Shown here: in pieces, positions 7,278 through 7,285 of the stretch | Layout: every line of letters starts with the position of its first letter | Position numbering within the stretch: position 1 is the first letter of the stretch | Assembly: GCA_051294375.1 (NCBI GenBank) | Contig: JBJCIZ010000136.1 | Location: 1 to 7,285 of the forward strand | Reading direction: 5' to 3' | Source: Paraspadella gotoi | Taxonomy: Eukaryota; Animalia; Chaetognatha | DNA: 7,285 bases | Program-made: the position numbers and the translations under genes | The notes under the pieces: generated by a model | What the model was told of the DNA's origin: nothing | Seen by the model: only the letters and a program-made list of their open reading frames with translations | Database searches by the model: none

Positions 7278-7285
7278 GTAAGTTA

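Overview
AT-rich eukaryotic (probably invertebrate) genomic DNA from a fragmented assembly, with 17 N-gaps (16 of exactly 10 N). No intact, recognisable protein-coding gene is present, and most ORFs in the supplied track look spurious. The main signal is a dispersed family of minimal type I hammerhead-ribozyme motifs (CTGATGA - helix II - GAAAC-AT-GTC): five near-complete copies and two partial inverted copies at four loci. Three loci are head-to-head inverted repeats, and one (4095-4319) is bounded exactly by a perfect 13-bp direct repeat. This fits short insertions derived from the pseudo-LTR of Penelope-like retroelements. Also present are six GC-rich minus-strand islands that splice in consistent phase into a ~450-codon stop-interrupted reading frame (probable pseudogene), a tRNA-derived SINE-like head, a four-copy ~30-bp TIR-like motif, and two degenerate telomere-like tracts.
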